A DNA stretch of 64,000 bases from Patescibacteria group bacterium (GCA_038065815.1 JBBTQF010000012.1:1663-65662), one strand, 5' to 3'; shown: positions 24,872 through 36,111, counted from the stretch's first letter. Made by a program: numbers and translations. Notes: a model not told the origin generated them from the sequence alone.

Positions 24872-27800
24872 CTACGGCTCCACTCGGATTACCCCTTCGT
24901 AATATACCCACGGATCGTCCTCGGCAAACGAATCAAAATCCATATTACCGTCTGGTCGTTCAAGTTCACATTCATTATCCGCACTACTCGTATCCATATC
25001 TTCCATAGATCCATAGCAACTATCCCCATTACCAGGATTGGTTTCCGTATCCGGACACTCCCCCGTACACCACCCCCAATTATCACGCACGTGAATGCGA
25101 GGGCGGTAGACGCAGGCGGTGCCGTCAGCACATGGGGTTGAGTCTGGCAGACCATCACCGTCTTCATCTAGATTGTCGCAAGTCTCAAGTGTTACTACGA
25201 AACTCTCCGTGCAGGTATAGACATGGGAATAATTGTAGTAAGCGGATGTACAGGCGTCTGCCTCTTCGCCCCAATTCTCCGGACTCTCACCACAAAACTC
25301 TTCATTGTATTCATCCAACCCTCGAGCATTCTTGTAATAGTTGTTACTGCTTGTACTGCCAAACTGATCCGATCCGTCATCTTCATCTTGCCAGTCAATG
25401 ATCATACGGCGAATCGGCATCTGGTTGGCGTTAGCCTCCACGTAGAACTTGATGTCAGCTAGGAACTGCCCACTTGTTCCTGTGAGATTCTCATCATCAT
25501 AGCCATTGATAGAGAAAGAGTCGTTGGAGCCTTCTTGGCAGAGGTCGTCTACACAAGTGGAGCCGATGGAACGGACGATGGGGGCGGATGGGGTCGTCTC
25601 ATCTTGGTAGCTATCGCCAGTTGCTGTTACGTCAGAATAATGATCGGCCGGCGACAAATCTGCAGAACCGCTAGAACTGGTGTTAGAGCTTGATATCTCA
25701 ACTCCATCTCCATAACCCCCCGTTCCATCTCCACCATCCTTATCCCATGAGAAAAGCGTCAAAGTTTTGGCAAAGATTTGGCTTATGCCAGTCAAAAAGT
25801 CATTTAAATTTATTACTGCACTATCATACATATTATATGCACGAGCCTCCGGGTCGCTTGAGTCACCCAGCCCATCTTCGTAATAAGGTGCAAAACCATA
25901 ATATGAAGAAGAGTCGCATGTCCCATCAGCCTCTGTAAGGTAACTTGCTGTGCCAGACTCACTCACCACACAGGACAATATGCGAGCTGGAGCGGGATCA
26001 TTCCAGTCTGTCTCATTCAGCTCATCTGGAGACCATGCCGCGCCGAACGGAGCGCGGGCTGTTTTATTTGTATACTCGAATCTATCGTCCACAGCGCTGA
26101 TCTGATATGTCTCATACAACAAACGATTCGTCCACGCACGATTCCCTTCCGTAGACGCAACATTTACAAGCGTGGTACAGGCTGGATATACCCCTTGATC
26201 AAAATACAAACCCGACCAATATTTTGGACACGTAGTCCATGACCACGTTGGGCAATTGTTAAAATAAGAATCGAAATTTACATCAAAAATTGCATCGGTT
26301 CCCCCGGCTTCCATAGCCGCATAATCAAATCCCATGATCTTGCAATCCGCATAATACTCAAGCAGATTAGCAAATTCATCCGTACCGGACATCATCTTGT
26401 AAACACGATTTCCATCGGAACTTAATGGGCTGAAATACCCAGCTTCATAATCAACATCACTCTTTTTTAACGCATAAACACCCTCACCGCCGTCAATATC
26501 GTCCAAGATTCCCATGTCTTCCAGCGCCTGCGGATCATAACACGGCTCACCAAAATAATCACTCTCTTTATCCGTGTGAAACGGAACATATCCGCGTGTG
26601 GCGGTTTCATTATATAAATCCCTAACGTCATCATCATCTTCTCCACCGAGCTGTTCCGGATCTCCCGGGACACAAATATACGGATGATCGTTATAATCTG
26701 ACGTTGCTCCTCTGTCATTTTGACATTCGGCAAAATAGTTGTCACCATCTTCCGCGCTGTCCGTATCACCGGTATCGGGATCGGCATCGGTATAGATACA
26801 GCGCCCGAGAACGGCGTAATCACCTTTCGGGCAGACCGCGTTACCGTCACCGCGCAAAAGATCTTTCCAAGAGAAAACTCTATCGCCGTCGTCGTTCTCC
26901 TCTAGAGACCAGCAATCATGCGATGATTCATGCTCCGCACATGCAATACCACTCGTGCCACTCGTTTCCTCAATACTAAAATCTGAAACCGGGACATCAA
27001 CATAATAATCACTTTCTCCGCAATAGTACGTATTCGTCAGCGGATACCCCGCCTCCTCATACTTACCATAGATGTCGCTTGCGCCTGAAAGTTGATCAAG
27101 AGGCAACCAAGTTAGGCAGGCATCACTGTTAGAGTCCCCATTGACTTGCGTGCGTGCGTCGCGTTCAAGACAGTACCCTTGCCAACCCACAAGAGCCTGT
27201 TGGCCAGTAATAAATTGGCATGATCCTCCCGCTTCTTCACAGGTGGTATCCATGACATTGTAAATCGTGTTGTCAACCGCGCTGTCTATGCAAACAGCGC
27301 CGTCATACGTTCCGCCACTGCACACGCGACTGGCCGCATTTTCCGCGCCTTCGTCATAATAACGCGTAAGCGAACCATAGCTCACTTTGTCATACGAACA
27401 ATCACACTCCTCGCCTGCGACGCACAATGTTACGCGCTCAAACGTGGACTTTCGCTCGTAGGCTTTTGAGGAGTTTACCGTAGGGTCTTCCGAATCAATA
27501 CCAATCGCAGAATCACTGCTCTTCGTATTCGTATCCGTACGTTCCTTCGGGCCCAGAGCAGAATTCGCCCACGTCTCCACCACGCTATTTCCAAACGGCG
27601 CGTTAGCCTCCGGCCACCCACGGCAGTCGAGCTCTTCTCCTTCTGCCGGCTCAAATGTCTCGGCTTCACCGCTACCATCATCATCCTTTGGATCGAGCAA
27701 GCACTTGTCGTTATAACAGGCACCTGTCTGCGTTGAGGCTGACTGAACGCACGAAGCCGTGCCAATGCCAGAACACTTTAGAGTGTCGCCTTCACACGCT

Positions 27801-30800
27801 GTGCTCGTCAGATTTTGACAGACCCCGTCAATGCATGACGTGGCGCTTGTCTGGCCTGAACAATCTACGTCTGTCACGCACTTAACACTGCTTGATGGCT
27901 CATACGCACAATAACCTGTCGCGCAGAACTCACTACTGTCACACTCATCATCACTGCCACACGCGGAACCCGTGTCGCTACAAAAACCAATAGAGCAGGA
28001 CTCGCCGTCCTCCGTGCCGTCACACGCGCCAGCATAGTACACAAGACGATAATCTTCACCTGCAGATTGACATGAATAAGCGGCTCCAATATCTCCACAC
28101 TCCTCCTCTCCTTCCGTTGTGTCGCAACTCAAATAACTTCCGTCCTCATACGGTTCGTATATCTCATCAGTAGCTCCGTTTACGCACCATTTCGACGGAT
28201 TGATGTTGACTTGCGAAAGAAACTGCGCCGGAATCTGGTTTGGAATTGAGTAGCCGGCGTACTCATAACCGTACCAACCAACATCACGCGATGAATAAAG
28301 GTCAGCGGTCAGAATGTCCGGCGTCTTATCCTGCGACCAGCTTGAGCAGAAACTCGAGTCCGAAAAAGCCGAATACTCGTTACATGCGTCCACGCTGTCA
28401 CAGCTAATTTCGTATGAATTCGTGGACGTGTCCCAAACCGTTCGTGTCGAGTCGCATGCAAGCCATTCGGCGCAAGCGCGATCAAGATTTACCTTCTGCA
28501 CCATGTTCGTGTCATCCTCAAGCGCCGTCGCGTCGGACTCGCATGAACCAGAAACCAAATCACCGCCATCGCTCTCAACATCAGGACAATCCGCATCAAT
28601 CAGACACGAACCGGTGTACGTTGTTCCAGTATTATTATCGTATGGGTGCAGTAGCGCCGTATCATAACCGCAACGTTGCGTACACAAATCCACTTCAGTT
28701 CCGTCCGCCAGCACAACCTCGCCGTCATCTGGACAGGAGAGCGGATCAACCAAATCATAACTATCCGCACCAGCGTCAAACTTTGGCGCGTGCACACTGC
28801 GAATGTAGCTTGCGCTGGCATTATATGTGAGCTCGCCTTGAACGATGTCGTTAAAGAGCACACAGCCACGCTTCTGACTCACCATGCCGTTGCACTGTTT
28901 AGAAGTCGAGAGATTGGAATCATCGAGGAGCTCATCATTGATGAAGAAATACGACTCGCCTTCGTCCTGCCCGTAGAGTTCATCGCCGGTGTCGGCTGGG
29001 TCAATAAACTCGGTACAGAAATCATACTGTGCAGAGCATGTCCCACCCCAGCCATCGTAAGCGCTGTCGCCATTCCGCCAAATACTGCTTGCTGTACCGC
29101 CGGAAAGATAAGTGCCTGTATCAATTTCACACTCATCAGTTTCCTCATCAGTTGAACTTGTGCAATCCGAGTCCGTCTCACAGTCGGCACCTGACACGGT
29201 GCAAGTGCCGGTCCCATAACAGAACTCTGACGTGCCCGTACGGAACCAGCCGGAATAAGACGTGCCGTTCAAGCTCACGCTCGTTTTATACTCACAAGTT
29301 TTGTCGTTTGGATTTTTGAAAAAATACGTTGAGCCGTCAGTCGTATCCCACGCCTCGCAAAACAACGCTTCGGCCTGACAGAGTTGATCATCATACTCAT
29401 CAGGCTGGTTGAGCAGATAAGTTGACTCCCACGACGCCACAACTGTCTGATCCATACTGAACGTCGGCGCACCAGTCTCCACACAACCCATAACCGAACT
29501 CTCACATTCAAACTCGCTATTCGCGACAAAGTATACTTTCTCATCTGCATTCACCACTTGCGTCTCCGGACCAAAAACGATGCTCATATCGGCGTCGTCT
29601 GGCGCAAGCGGATTACCGTCTTCATCACGAGGCTCCCCGCCCTCCCAATCAAATAAACAATCCTTTGAGCCGGCCGTAATCGTACAAACGGTCTCCCCTT
29701 CAATCTCACAAACCACTGACGAGCTCGCCTGATCTGGTACGCCATCGCCGTCATCGTCCGCGTTGTCACAACGCACGTTATAGGAGACACCATAAGCCGA
29801 CTCCGAAGCTTGCGTATCAAAGAACCCCGCGCACCCCACCAACTCTTCCGAGCAGAGTCTGGTGAACGATTTCAAATCAGCAATATCTCCATTGGAGTCC
29901 GTGTATTCCTGACAGCCAAGATAATACAGCGGAGATTCCGCGCCATCTGCGGTCTCGTCGCACGTAGACGGCGTCACCCATGAGTCCCTAATGACTGTAA
30001 TATTCTCCTCGGTCTGGCGCAGAGTGATATTGTCAATGTAGAAATCATCACCGGACGCGTCGCCAGCAAAGGCAAGCACGGCCGTCTCGTCAAAATCCGT
30101 ATCCGTGGTGTCGAGCGGGCCGACTGTGAACTCTTCCCAGTTGGTTGAGAGATCAACACTCTCAAACGCCTGCACTGTCCCACTGCCACCGTCGTAAACA
30201 AACTTTGGTGTAATGCTGGTGCTGTTGTCCGATGCTTTTGCCCAAAAGTTGAGCACATACACCTTATCTTCGGCGAGCGCATCAGCGAGCGTTCCACAAT
30301 CATCCTCGTCCTTTTCAACCGTGCACTCAAACCCAAGTGTGCTGTCCGAGGCTTCACAGCCGTCCTCTGTTACACAAGTTGAACCGTAATCAATGTAAGC
30401 AGTGAACAACGCACCGCCAGCAATGGTCGTCACAATGTGAATCGAACGGCCATCTGTTGCAACAGACTCGTTGCTCACTTCGGCCGTGGCTCCGTCCAAA
30501 TCGTACTCATCAATATCTTCGTCTTCGACGTCATCATCGTAGACAATTGAAGAGTTACGACCGGCACCACCAGTGTATTCACGACAACCGTTTTGCGAAC
30601 TCGGACAGGAATCAGACTCATCCGTATATCCGTAAAAACGGCAATTGCCAGTTGTGGAGTCGAAGTACCCGCGTGCCGATTCACAACTTATTTCGCGCTC
30701 GCTTGAGTCTACGCCAGAAATCTCGGTTTTACGATAAGCTATACAAGAATCAGTAACGCTCACAGTATCGTCAAAACGACGATAAGAGATGTCTCCACCT

Positions 30801-33800
30801 TCATCGTAGAACTCACGGCAGTCTGGCTCATCAAAAATGTCATCATGCTCGTCGCAGGCAGAATCCGTATCCGCCGAGCCGTCGCTGTCCGCGTCCACGT
30901 CAGAGCAATATATGCCATCACTCTTCGTTTCCCAACTCGTACACGGCGCACCATCCAAATCACTCTTGAGCAAATTCCATGACTGCAGTTTGAAGCCTTC
31001 CAAATCCGATCCTTCCCACGTATAGTAAACCGCTTCATTCGTAGTCTGACTGCCTGTCACGCAGGCGCGCAAATAAGTGTAGTACTCCTGACTTTCATCC
31101 GACAGATTAGTAAACTCATCACAACCAACGTACTGCTCACTGCACGAGATGGCAGTATCCGAAATAAAATACACCGGAAATTCGCCGTCAGGTTCGTAAA
31201 GCGTCGGCTCCTGCTTGTAAGTGTCATAGCCCACGCACTCGGACGGACATTCATCAAGATCGCCTGTGATTCCAGGCACCGATGGATTGCCGTTCACTGG
31301 AGTATAAAGCAGACAACCAGCATCTTGCGCCGTACACATCTGCGAATAACTATCGCACTCCTCCGGATCGTCAGCAGAACCTTCACAACCAAGATACGAT
31401 GGCGGGAGTTTATAATAAACAAGCTGTAAATCATCAATAGCACTTCCGTAACCCTCACGGAAGTTGTCAACATCCTCATCTGCTTCAAGTTGTACCGCAT
31501 CCACGAGCAAGTCACCTCCAAAATCAAGGGAGGCTACGCGCACGCCAATCGTAGGATCGTCAAGTGTTGGCGAGGTGAATGTACAGGTGAAGCGTTCATA
31601 CTCATCAGAGTCAGGCGTGACCGACATCTGCAAAGATTCTGGTTTAGCATTCCCATCAAGACTTACAAGCTCGCAATTATCACTGTCATAACTTGTGCCG
31701 ATCAGATTAACTTCTTCAGAACCATCGCTTGAGTCTGTCACCAGATAGACAGTGAGCTCATTACTGTCACTTGAGCTCGGTTGGGCCGCATAAAACGAAA
31801 GCGTATAAAACATCGAGGCTTGGATCGAGATGTTGCGCTGGTAGATAAAGTTGCCAGACCCGGGATTCACGGCCGAGTCGCCAGAAATCGAATAGTCGCC
31901 ACTGATATCGTAGCCCGGCGTGCCGGTTGAAAGCCAGAAATCCGGTTGATCATCGCTGTTATCATCATCCTCAAAACTTGGATTGATGATGAGGTTAAGC
32001 TCGGTGTCATCATCGTCAATGACAAAACGACGGCAACCAGCATCCGAGCTGTCGCAATCTTCTACTTCACTGTTGAAATAGACACGCTCCGCGTATGTAA
32101 ACTCTGCGTCGTCATCTGTCGGAACATCAGTGATCGTCGGCCAATCAAACACGCCATCACTATCCTCTTCTTTGGTCGTTTCATACCACAGACAGCCGGC
32201 GTTATTACTATCGCACACTGACTCATCAACGGTATTAAACAGCAAATCCGAATCATCGCCATCTTCGCTAGTAAAACTTAAACACGTTCCATACTGCTCC
32301 GGACAATCTTGCCCACGGAACTGATATACGTTCTTCTCTTGCGTGCAATAACCATACCCTCCAACACATGCCCCACTCGCGTCTTCCTGAATACAGCTTG
32401 GCGCGTCAACACATTCGTCTTGACGATCTGCTCCGCTAATGGAAACGAGCTGGCCGGCCACTTGAGCCTCACATTGTGTTGAAGGATATTTCAGCACCCA
32501 GTTTGGATCAATGAGATGGCAATAAGGATATTCGGTATCGCGTTCGCCGTCCGCATTGCAGTTATCAAACGCAGAGACAACGTCCTGCAGTGTATCAGGG
32601 TCGCTACTTTGGAGATCTGCGGCTATCTCCCAACCTATCGGAATGATACGCGCCTTACGCAGTTTCACGAGGTTGCTGTAACAGTAGCCGTAAGAGTAAC
32701 AATCGCGGTCCAGATTGCGCGAATCACTGCTCGAAATGAGTGGCCGGTCTCCGTTGATGTAGCCTTCTTCAATCGCTTCCTGCACAGTGAAAGGACTGCC
32801 TGCGTCAGCGCTTCCGACAGCCGTTGCAAAACTGTCGTCCATCGTACAGTTATTCAAGCTGATAGCGTTGGTGGTTGGACACAAAATAAACTCACTCACG
32901 GCGTTATACGTATCAAGGCTGATAGGTGTTGTCGTATAAATCGTTTTGTAAAAATCTTCCGCGCCTTCAACTCCACCGCGTGTACCAACCGAGCCGACAT
33001 CAAATGAATCGGACACGCTGTCCACTGTCACGTCGTATAGTCCAGTAAACACATTATCGAGAAATGTACTCACGAATGTGTTGGCAAAGACACTTAAGGC
33101 CGATAAGCCTAAATTCTGCCAAATTTCAGGATTGTTGACGAGTAGAGCCCAATAATCTTTGGCATTTTCCTTCGGATCAAGATAAAGCTGTTTTTTCCCA
33201 GACTCAAGAGCAATGACTGTCGCAGGGGTTTTAATATTTCCAGAAATAAAATCCGCAACATCCTTATATCCCTGCTTTGCTAAAAGCTCGGCAAGCTTAA
33301 CTTTTTCCTTTTTATTAACATTCTCAAACACTTGACTGTAGATGGTCATTGAGGCAGTCAATTCTGTCTCGCGCGGATTAATCGCATCAGCAAAATATCC
33401 AAGAACGTATTTAGTCGGATCCTCGTCAAACGCATTATATTCATTCACGATCCCCGTATACGCATTTGTCCAGTTGGTCAAGGCCTTCTGAAAATCACAC
33501 CTCGGTTTCGGCTTAAATACTTGACTCAAACCGAGCTGAAGGTTGATTCTACCAAGCGCGGAAGGAGCGCACAGATCAAAATGCAATCCAGCAATATTAG
33601 CCCCCTCGCTCAATGCGGCAATGGCCTCCCCAACGATGTCGTACACAATTGAGTTGCTAAAATCCTCGAGCGAGCGCAACTCTAAAAGCGGTTCCCCTCC
33701 GGCTGCCCCAGTGGCAAGACGCACGGCAAATTCATACGAAACGCGGTTAAGAGAATACTGCAAAAGATTCCAGATGATCATGCCAAAAGCGACCTGAAAC

Positions 33801-33979
33801 GGTTTTTTGTATGCCTCTACCTCTACCTCTTTAATTACCCCCGGTATGTCCTCCACAATAATCGTCGTTATCCCCGGCGCCACCGCAAATACCTTCATTG
33901 GTGTCCCAACAAAAAGAAAAGAAAAGGACACGAGCAGTCCCAAAAAAACAAGTTTAATTCGAATCTTGTGAGGCAACAT
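24872..33979 (-). CDS. Giant (about 3035-3050 aa) secreted Cys-, Asp-, Ser/Thr-, Gly-rich surface protein with an N-terminal signal and a presumed extracellular multi-domain body.
   Basis: It is a single uninterrupted 9.1-kb ORF. The signal/TM is MLPHKIRIKLVFLGLLVSFSFLFVG; the listed ORF starts 15 codons earlier at 34024. The body has pervasive Cys with Asp-rich DxDxDG-like calcium-binding-like motifs, for example DGDGVPD and DEDGDGLPD. GC content is genome-like. Confidence 0.7.
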   Translation of the reverse strand: MLPHKIRIKLVFLGLLVSFSFLFVGTPMKVFAVAPGITTIIVEDIPGVIKEVEVEAYKKPFQVAFGMIIWNLLQYSLNRVSYEFAVRLATGAAGGEPLLELRSLEDFSNSIVYDIVGEAIAALSEGANIAGLHFDLCAPSALGRINLQLGLSQVFKPKPRCDFQKALTNWTNAYTGIVNEYNAFDEDPTKYVLGYFADAINPRETELTASMTIYSQVFENVNKKEKVKLAELLAKQGYKDVADFISGNIKTPATVIALESGKKQLYLDPKENAKDYWALLVNNPEIWQNLGLSALSVFANTFVSTFLDNVFTGLYDVTVDSVSDSFDVGSVGTRGGVEGAEDFYKTIYTTTPISLDTYNAVSEFILCPTTNAISLNNCTMDDSFATAVGSADAGSPFTVQEAIEEGYINGDRPLISSSDSRNLDRDCYSYGYCYSNLVKLRKARIIPIGWEIAADLQSSDPDTLQDVVSAFDNCNADGERDTEYPYCHLIDPNWVLKYPSTQCEAQVAGQLVSISGADRQDECVDAPSCIQEDASGACVGGYGYCTQEKNVYQFRGQDCPEQYGTCLSFTSEDGDDSDLLFNTVDESVCDSNNAGCLWYETTKEEDSDGVFDWPTITDVPTDDDAEFTYAERVYFNSEVEDCDSSDAGCRRFVIDDDDTELNLIINPSFEDDDNSDDQPDFWLSTGTPGYDISGDYSISGDSAVNPGSGNFIYQRNISIQASMFYTLSFYAAQPSSSDSNELTVYLVTDSSDGSEEVNLIGTSYDSDNCELVSLDGNAKPESLQMSVTPDSDEYERFTCTFTSPTLDDPTIGVRVASLDFGGDLLVDAVQLEADEDVDNFREGYGSAIDDLQLVYYKLPPSYLGCEGSADDPEECDSYSQMCTAQDAGCLLYTPVNGNPSVPGITGDLDECPSECVGYDTYKQEPTLYEPDGEFPVYFISDTAISCSEQYVGCDEFTNLSDESQEYYTYLRACVTGSQTTNEAVYYTWEGSDLEGFKLQSWNLLKSDLDGAPCTSWETKSDGIYCSDVDADSDGSADTDSACDEHDDIFDEPDCREFYDEGGDISYRRFDDTVSVTDSCIAYRKTEISGVDSSEREISCESARGYFDSTTGNCRFYGYTDESDSCPSSQNGCREYTGGAGRNSSIVYDDDVEDEDIDEYDLDGATAEVSNESVATDGRSIHIVTTIAGGALFTAYIDYGSTCVTEDGCEASDSTLGFECTVEKDEDDCGTLADALAEDKVYVLNFWAKASDNSTSITPKFVYDGGSGTVQAFESVDLSTNWEEFTVGPLDTTDTDFDETAVLAFAGDASGDDFYIDNITLRQTEENITVIRDSWVTPSTCDETADGAESPLYYLGCQEYTDSNGDIADLKSFTRLCSEELVGCAGFFDTQASESAYGVSYNVRCDNADDDGDGVPDQASSSVVCEIEGETVCTITAGSKDCLFDWEGGEPRDEDGNPLAPDDADMSIVFGPETQVVNADEKVYFVANSEFECESSVMGCVETGAPTFSMDQTVVASWESTYLLNQPDEYDDQLCQAEALFCEAWDTTDGSTYFFKNPNDKTCEYKTSVSLNGTSYSGWFRTGTSEFCYGTGTCTVSGADCETDSDCTSSTDEETDECEIDTGTYLSGGTASSIWRNGDSAYDGWGGTCSAQYDFCTEFIDPADTGDELYGQDEGESYFFINDELLDDSNLSTSKQCNGMVSQKRGCVLFNDIVQGELTYNASASYIRSVHAPKFDAGADSYDLVDPLSCPDDGEVVLADGTEVDLCTQRCGYDTALLHPYDNNTGTTYTGSCLIDADCPDVESDGGDLVSGSCESDATALEDDTNMVQKVNLDRACAEWLACDSTRTVWDTSTNSYEISCDSVDACNEYSAFSDSSFCSSWSQDKTPDILTADLYSSRDVGWYGYEYAGYSIPNQIPAQFLSQVNINPSKWCVNGATDEIYEPYEDGSYLSCDTTEGEEECGDIGAAYSCQSAGEDYRLVYYAGACDGTEDGESCSIGFCSDTGSACGSDDECDSSEFCATGYCAYEPSSSVKCVTDVDCSGQTSATSCIDGVCQNLTSTACEGDTLKCSGIGTASCVQSASTQTGACYNDKCLLDPKDDDGSGEAETFEPAEGEELDCRGWPEANAPFGNSVVETWANSALGPKERTDTNTKSSDSAIGIDSEDPTVNSSKAYERKSTFERVTLCVAGEECDCSYDKVSYGSLTRYYDEGAENAASRVCSGGTYDGAVCIDSAVDNTIYNVMDTTCEEAGGSCQFITGQQALVGWQGYCLERDARTQVNGDSNSDACLTWLPLDQLSGASDIYGKYEEAGYPLTNTYYCGESDYYVDVPVSDFSIEETSGTSGIACAEHESSHDCWSLEENDDGDRVFSWKDLLRGDGNAVCPKGDYAVLGRCIYTDADPDTGDTDSAEDGDNYFAECQNDRGATSDYNDHPYICVPGDPEQLGGEDDDDVRDLYNETATRGYVPFHTDKESDYFGEPCYDPQALEDMGILDDIDGGEGVYALKKSDVDYEAGYFSPLSSDGNRVYKMMSGTDEFANLLEYYADCKIMGFDYAAMEAGGTDAIFDVNFDSYFNNCPTWSWTTCPKYWSGLYFDQGVYPACTTLVNVASTEGNRAWTNRLLYETYQISAVDDRFEYTNKTARAPFGAAWSPDELNETDWNDPAPARILSCVVSESGTASYLTEADGTCDSSSYYGFAPYYEDGLGDSSDPEARAYNMYDSAVINLNDFLTGISQIFAKTLTLFSWDKDGGDGTGGYGDGVEISSSNTSSSGSADLSPADHYSDVTATGDSYQDETTPSAPIVRSIGSTCVDDLCQEGSNDSFSINGYDDENLTGTSGQFLADIKFYVEANANQMPIRRMIIDWQDEDDGSDQFGSTSSNNYYKNARGLDEYNEEFCGESPENWGEEADACTSAYYNYSHVYTCTESFVVTLETCDNLDEDGDGLPDSTPCADGTACVYRPRIHVRDNWGWCTGECPDTETNPGNGDSCYGSMEDMDTSSADNECELERPDGNMDFDSFAEDDPWVYYEGVIRVEP

Positions 33980-34607
33980 ACTCGGCAAGGACTTGGTTAT
34001 ACAATTCAATAAGCTCATCATCACTATAGTTCGCCAACATATCAGACGTCACCCCATTTTGTGAGAGCAATTCGCGCAATGACGCTGGATCCATGTTCTC
34101 AATAAGCGCTTGAACGCTAGCTGGGTCGCTTCCGGACTCGATGAGTTGCTGAAGAAAGGCGGAGTTGTCCTCTGGCGCTTCAATCGAGGAGGCAACTTCT
34201 TCACCGATATCAACGGAGATCTCGTTGGTTCTGGAACATTCACTGTCAATCGGACAGTTTGGATCGTTTCCAGAATTGAGCTCCTGCGCATCGTCATAAC
34301 CGTCAGAGTCAGAGTCAGAGAGATACGGCGAGGTGCCGTAGACTTCCTGCTCATCATAATCGTTGAGTCCATCACTGTCCGTATCGCGCACCTTCATTGC
34401 ATTCTTCTCTGCCTCTTCTTGCTGTACAACAAACGATTCGTCATCTGTCAGCGTCAGCTGGAAAGGCAGTGATAAATTTTTTCCAATGTAGCGCGTGCCT
34501 AGTGTGATGCCTCCGATGCCCGCAATGATAAGCAACAACAAAGCCGCCCTTTCTGGACCAGAAAATGGCGAGCGAGGTTCACTCGGAATAACCGGCTGAT
34601 TTTGCAT
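33954..34607 (-). CDS. Membrane-anchored protein with thrombospondin-type-3-like Asp-rich calcium-binding repeats.
   Basis: There is an N-terminal TM (AALLLLIIAGIGGITLG). DTDSDGLNDYDE and SDSDSDGYDDAQE fit DxDxDGxxDxxD. Its 3' end overlaps the giant gene start by about 26-70 nt. Confidence 0.5.
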   Translation of the reverse strand: MQNQPVIPSEPRSPFSGPERAALLLLIIAGIGGITLGTRYIGKNLSLPFQLTLTDDESFVVQQEEAEKNAMKVRDTDSDGLNDYDEQEVYGTSPYLSDSDSDGYDDAQELNSGNDPNCPIDSECSRTNEISVDIGEEVASSIEAPEDNSAFLQQLIESGSDPASVQALIENMDPASLRELLSQNGVTSDMLANYSDDELIELYNQVLAEYVASQDSN

Positions 34608-34684
34608 AAATCAGTCGCAATTATTATAACAAAAATAGACAGTAGACAGTAGATGGTGAAAAGGATTACGGGGGATAACATCTC

Positions 34685-35542
34685 TCATATGGAGAGTCTG
34701 CTATCTACGAGTCGCTCCCAAAGCTCTATCCATTGATCAACAGAAAGCTCTTGCGCACGAGCTTTGTCGTTCAATCCGATATCACAAAGAGTCATTTTCA
34801 CACGCTCTGTACCATATTTTTTCCCCAAATTGCCTTGCAACTGCTTGCGTCGCGATACAAAGCCGAGCTTTGCAAGCTGTATCACTTGCTCTACATTGTT
34901 CCTATTTGTCACAGATCTCTTATCCATTCTTAATGACCTATCCAACTGCACCACGGTTGAATCCACTTTTGGCATTGGATGAAACGCGCCCGGAAAAACG
35001 TTACATACGCGCTTCACGTCCGCATACAACTGACAAGCCACGGAAAGCACACTCATATCACCAGGTTTGGCGAGGATTCTGTCCGCGACTTCGCGCTGAA
35101 CCATCACGACCATGCGAGTCGGAGAATGTTCGTCCGCGAGAAACTTTTCCAGCACGGCAGAGGCGATGTTGTAGGGAAGATTTGAGACGAGTTTATAATT
35201 TGGTAATTTGATAATTGGGTAATTGAGCAACTTGGCCGTAGAAAATTTCAAAACATCACCAAAAAGGAGATGAGCGCGATTGCCAAATTTTTCTTTGAGA
35301 TCAGGGATTAAATCCCTGTCGGCTTCAATAGCAATGACGCTGGCTCCAGCATCAACAAGAGCTTGGGTGAGGATGCCGTGACCCGGGCCGATCTCGAGAA
35401 TTGTCTCTCGTGGAGTGATTTCAGCCGCCGTGATAATTTTTTTTATCACGCTTTTATCATGCAAAAAATGCTGACCAAAAGATTTTTTTGCAAACATACG
35501 CTCTATATTTTTATTGATCCTCGACGCAACACCTCCACACAA
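34685..35542 (-). CDS. rsmA: 16S rRNA (adenine1518/1519-N6)-dimethyltransferase RsmA/KsgA.
   Basis: FGQHFLHD...ILEIGPGHGILTQAL is a classic KsgA N-terminus and SAM motif. The start is likely the internal MFAKKSFGQHF at about 35497. Confidence 0.8.
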   Translation of the reverse strand: MCGGVASRINKNIERMFAKKSFGQHFLHDKSVIKKIITAAEITPRETILEIGPGHGILTQALVDAGASVIAIEADRDLIPDLKEKFGNRAHLLFGDVLKFSTAKLLNYPIIKLPNYKLVSNLPYNIASAVLEKFLADEHSPTRMVVMVQREVADRILAKPGDMSVLSVACQLYADVKRVCNVFPGAFHPMPKVDSTVVQLDRSLRMDKRSVTNRNNVEQVIQLAKLGFVSRRKQLQGNLGKKYGTERVKMTLCDIGLNDKARAQELSVDQWIELWERLVDSRLSI

Positions 35543-36111
35543 TCACCAATAACCCGAGCAAGGGTTGACGGCTTGCGTTTTGGAAGCGTGCCTGCATTAA
35601 GGATGTAAATTCGGGCCGTCTCCCGATGACGGCCACCGTCATCGGAAGACAACCCGAATCGTGGGAGGTCTAGAATACGAAATGCTGGAGGTTCACCAGA
35701 ACGATTCGCCGAGGTCGCGATGATAGGTCGGCCTAACCCTCGCGCGAGAGCTCTAGCTGTGGGATCGCTCGAGACACGTAAAGCCACAGTACTGTCCTGC
35801 AAGACACTCTTCGCAAGTGGTAATCGCACTAATTTAGTCTCGCCTATTGGAAGCACGAGCGTCAACGGCCCAGGCCAATGCTTTTTTGCAAGCGCGAGCG
35901 CGGTTGGCGAAAACACGGCATAGCGTCTCGCCATCGCCAGCGAGCTCACAATGAGCGGTGTCCCCTTCTTATTTGAGCGCCCTTTCATCTCAAAAACACG
36001 GCGCACCGCTTTGGCATTCGTCGCGTCACAACCAATCCCATAGCTCGTCTCGGTTGGAAAAACAACGACTCCCCCAGATTTCAAAACTCTAACTGCACTT
36101 TTTATTTTCAT
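35503..36111 (-). CDS. tsaC: L-threonylcarbamoyladenylate synthase, YrdC/TsaC (Sua5) family.
   Basis: VVVFPTETSYGIGCDATNAKAVRRVFEMKGRSNKKGTPLIV is the YrdC-domain signature. The length is 202 aa. Confidence 0.7.
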   Translation of the reverse strand: MKIKSAVRVLKSGGVVVFPTETSYGIGCDATNAKAVRRVFEMKGRSNKKGTPLIVSSLAMARRYAVFSPTALALAKKHWPGPLTLVLPIGETKLVRLPLAKSVLQDSTVALRVSSDPTARALARGLGRPIIATSANRSGEPPAFRILDLPRFGLSSDDGGRHRETARIYILNAGTLPKRKPSTLARVIGDCVEVLRRGSIKI

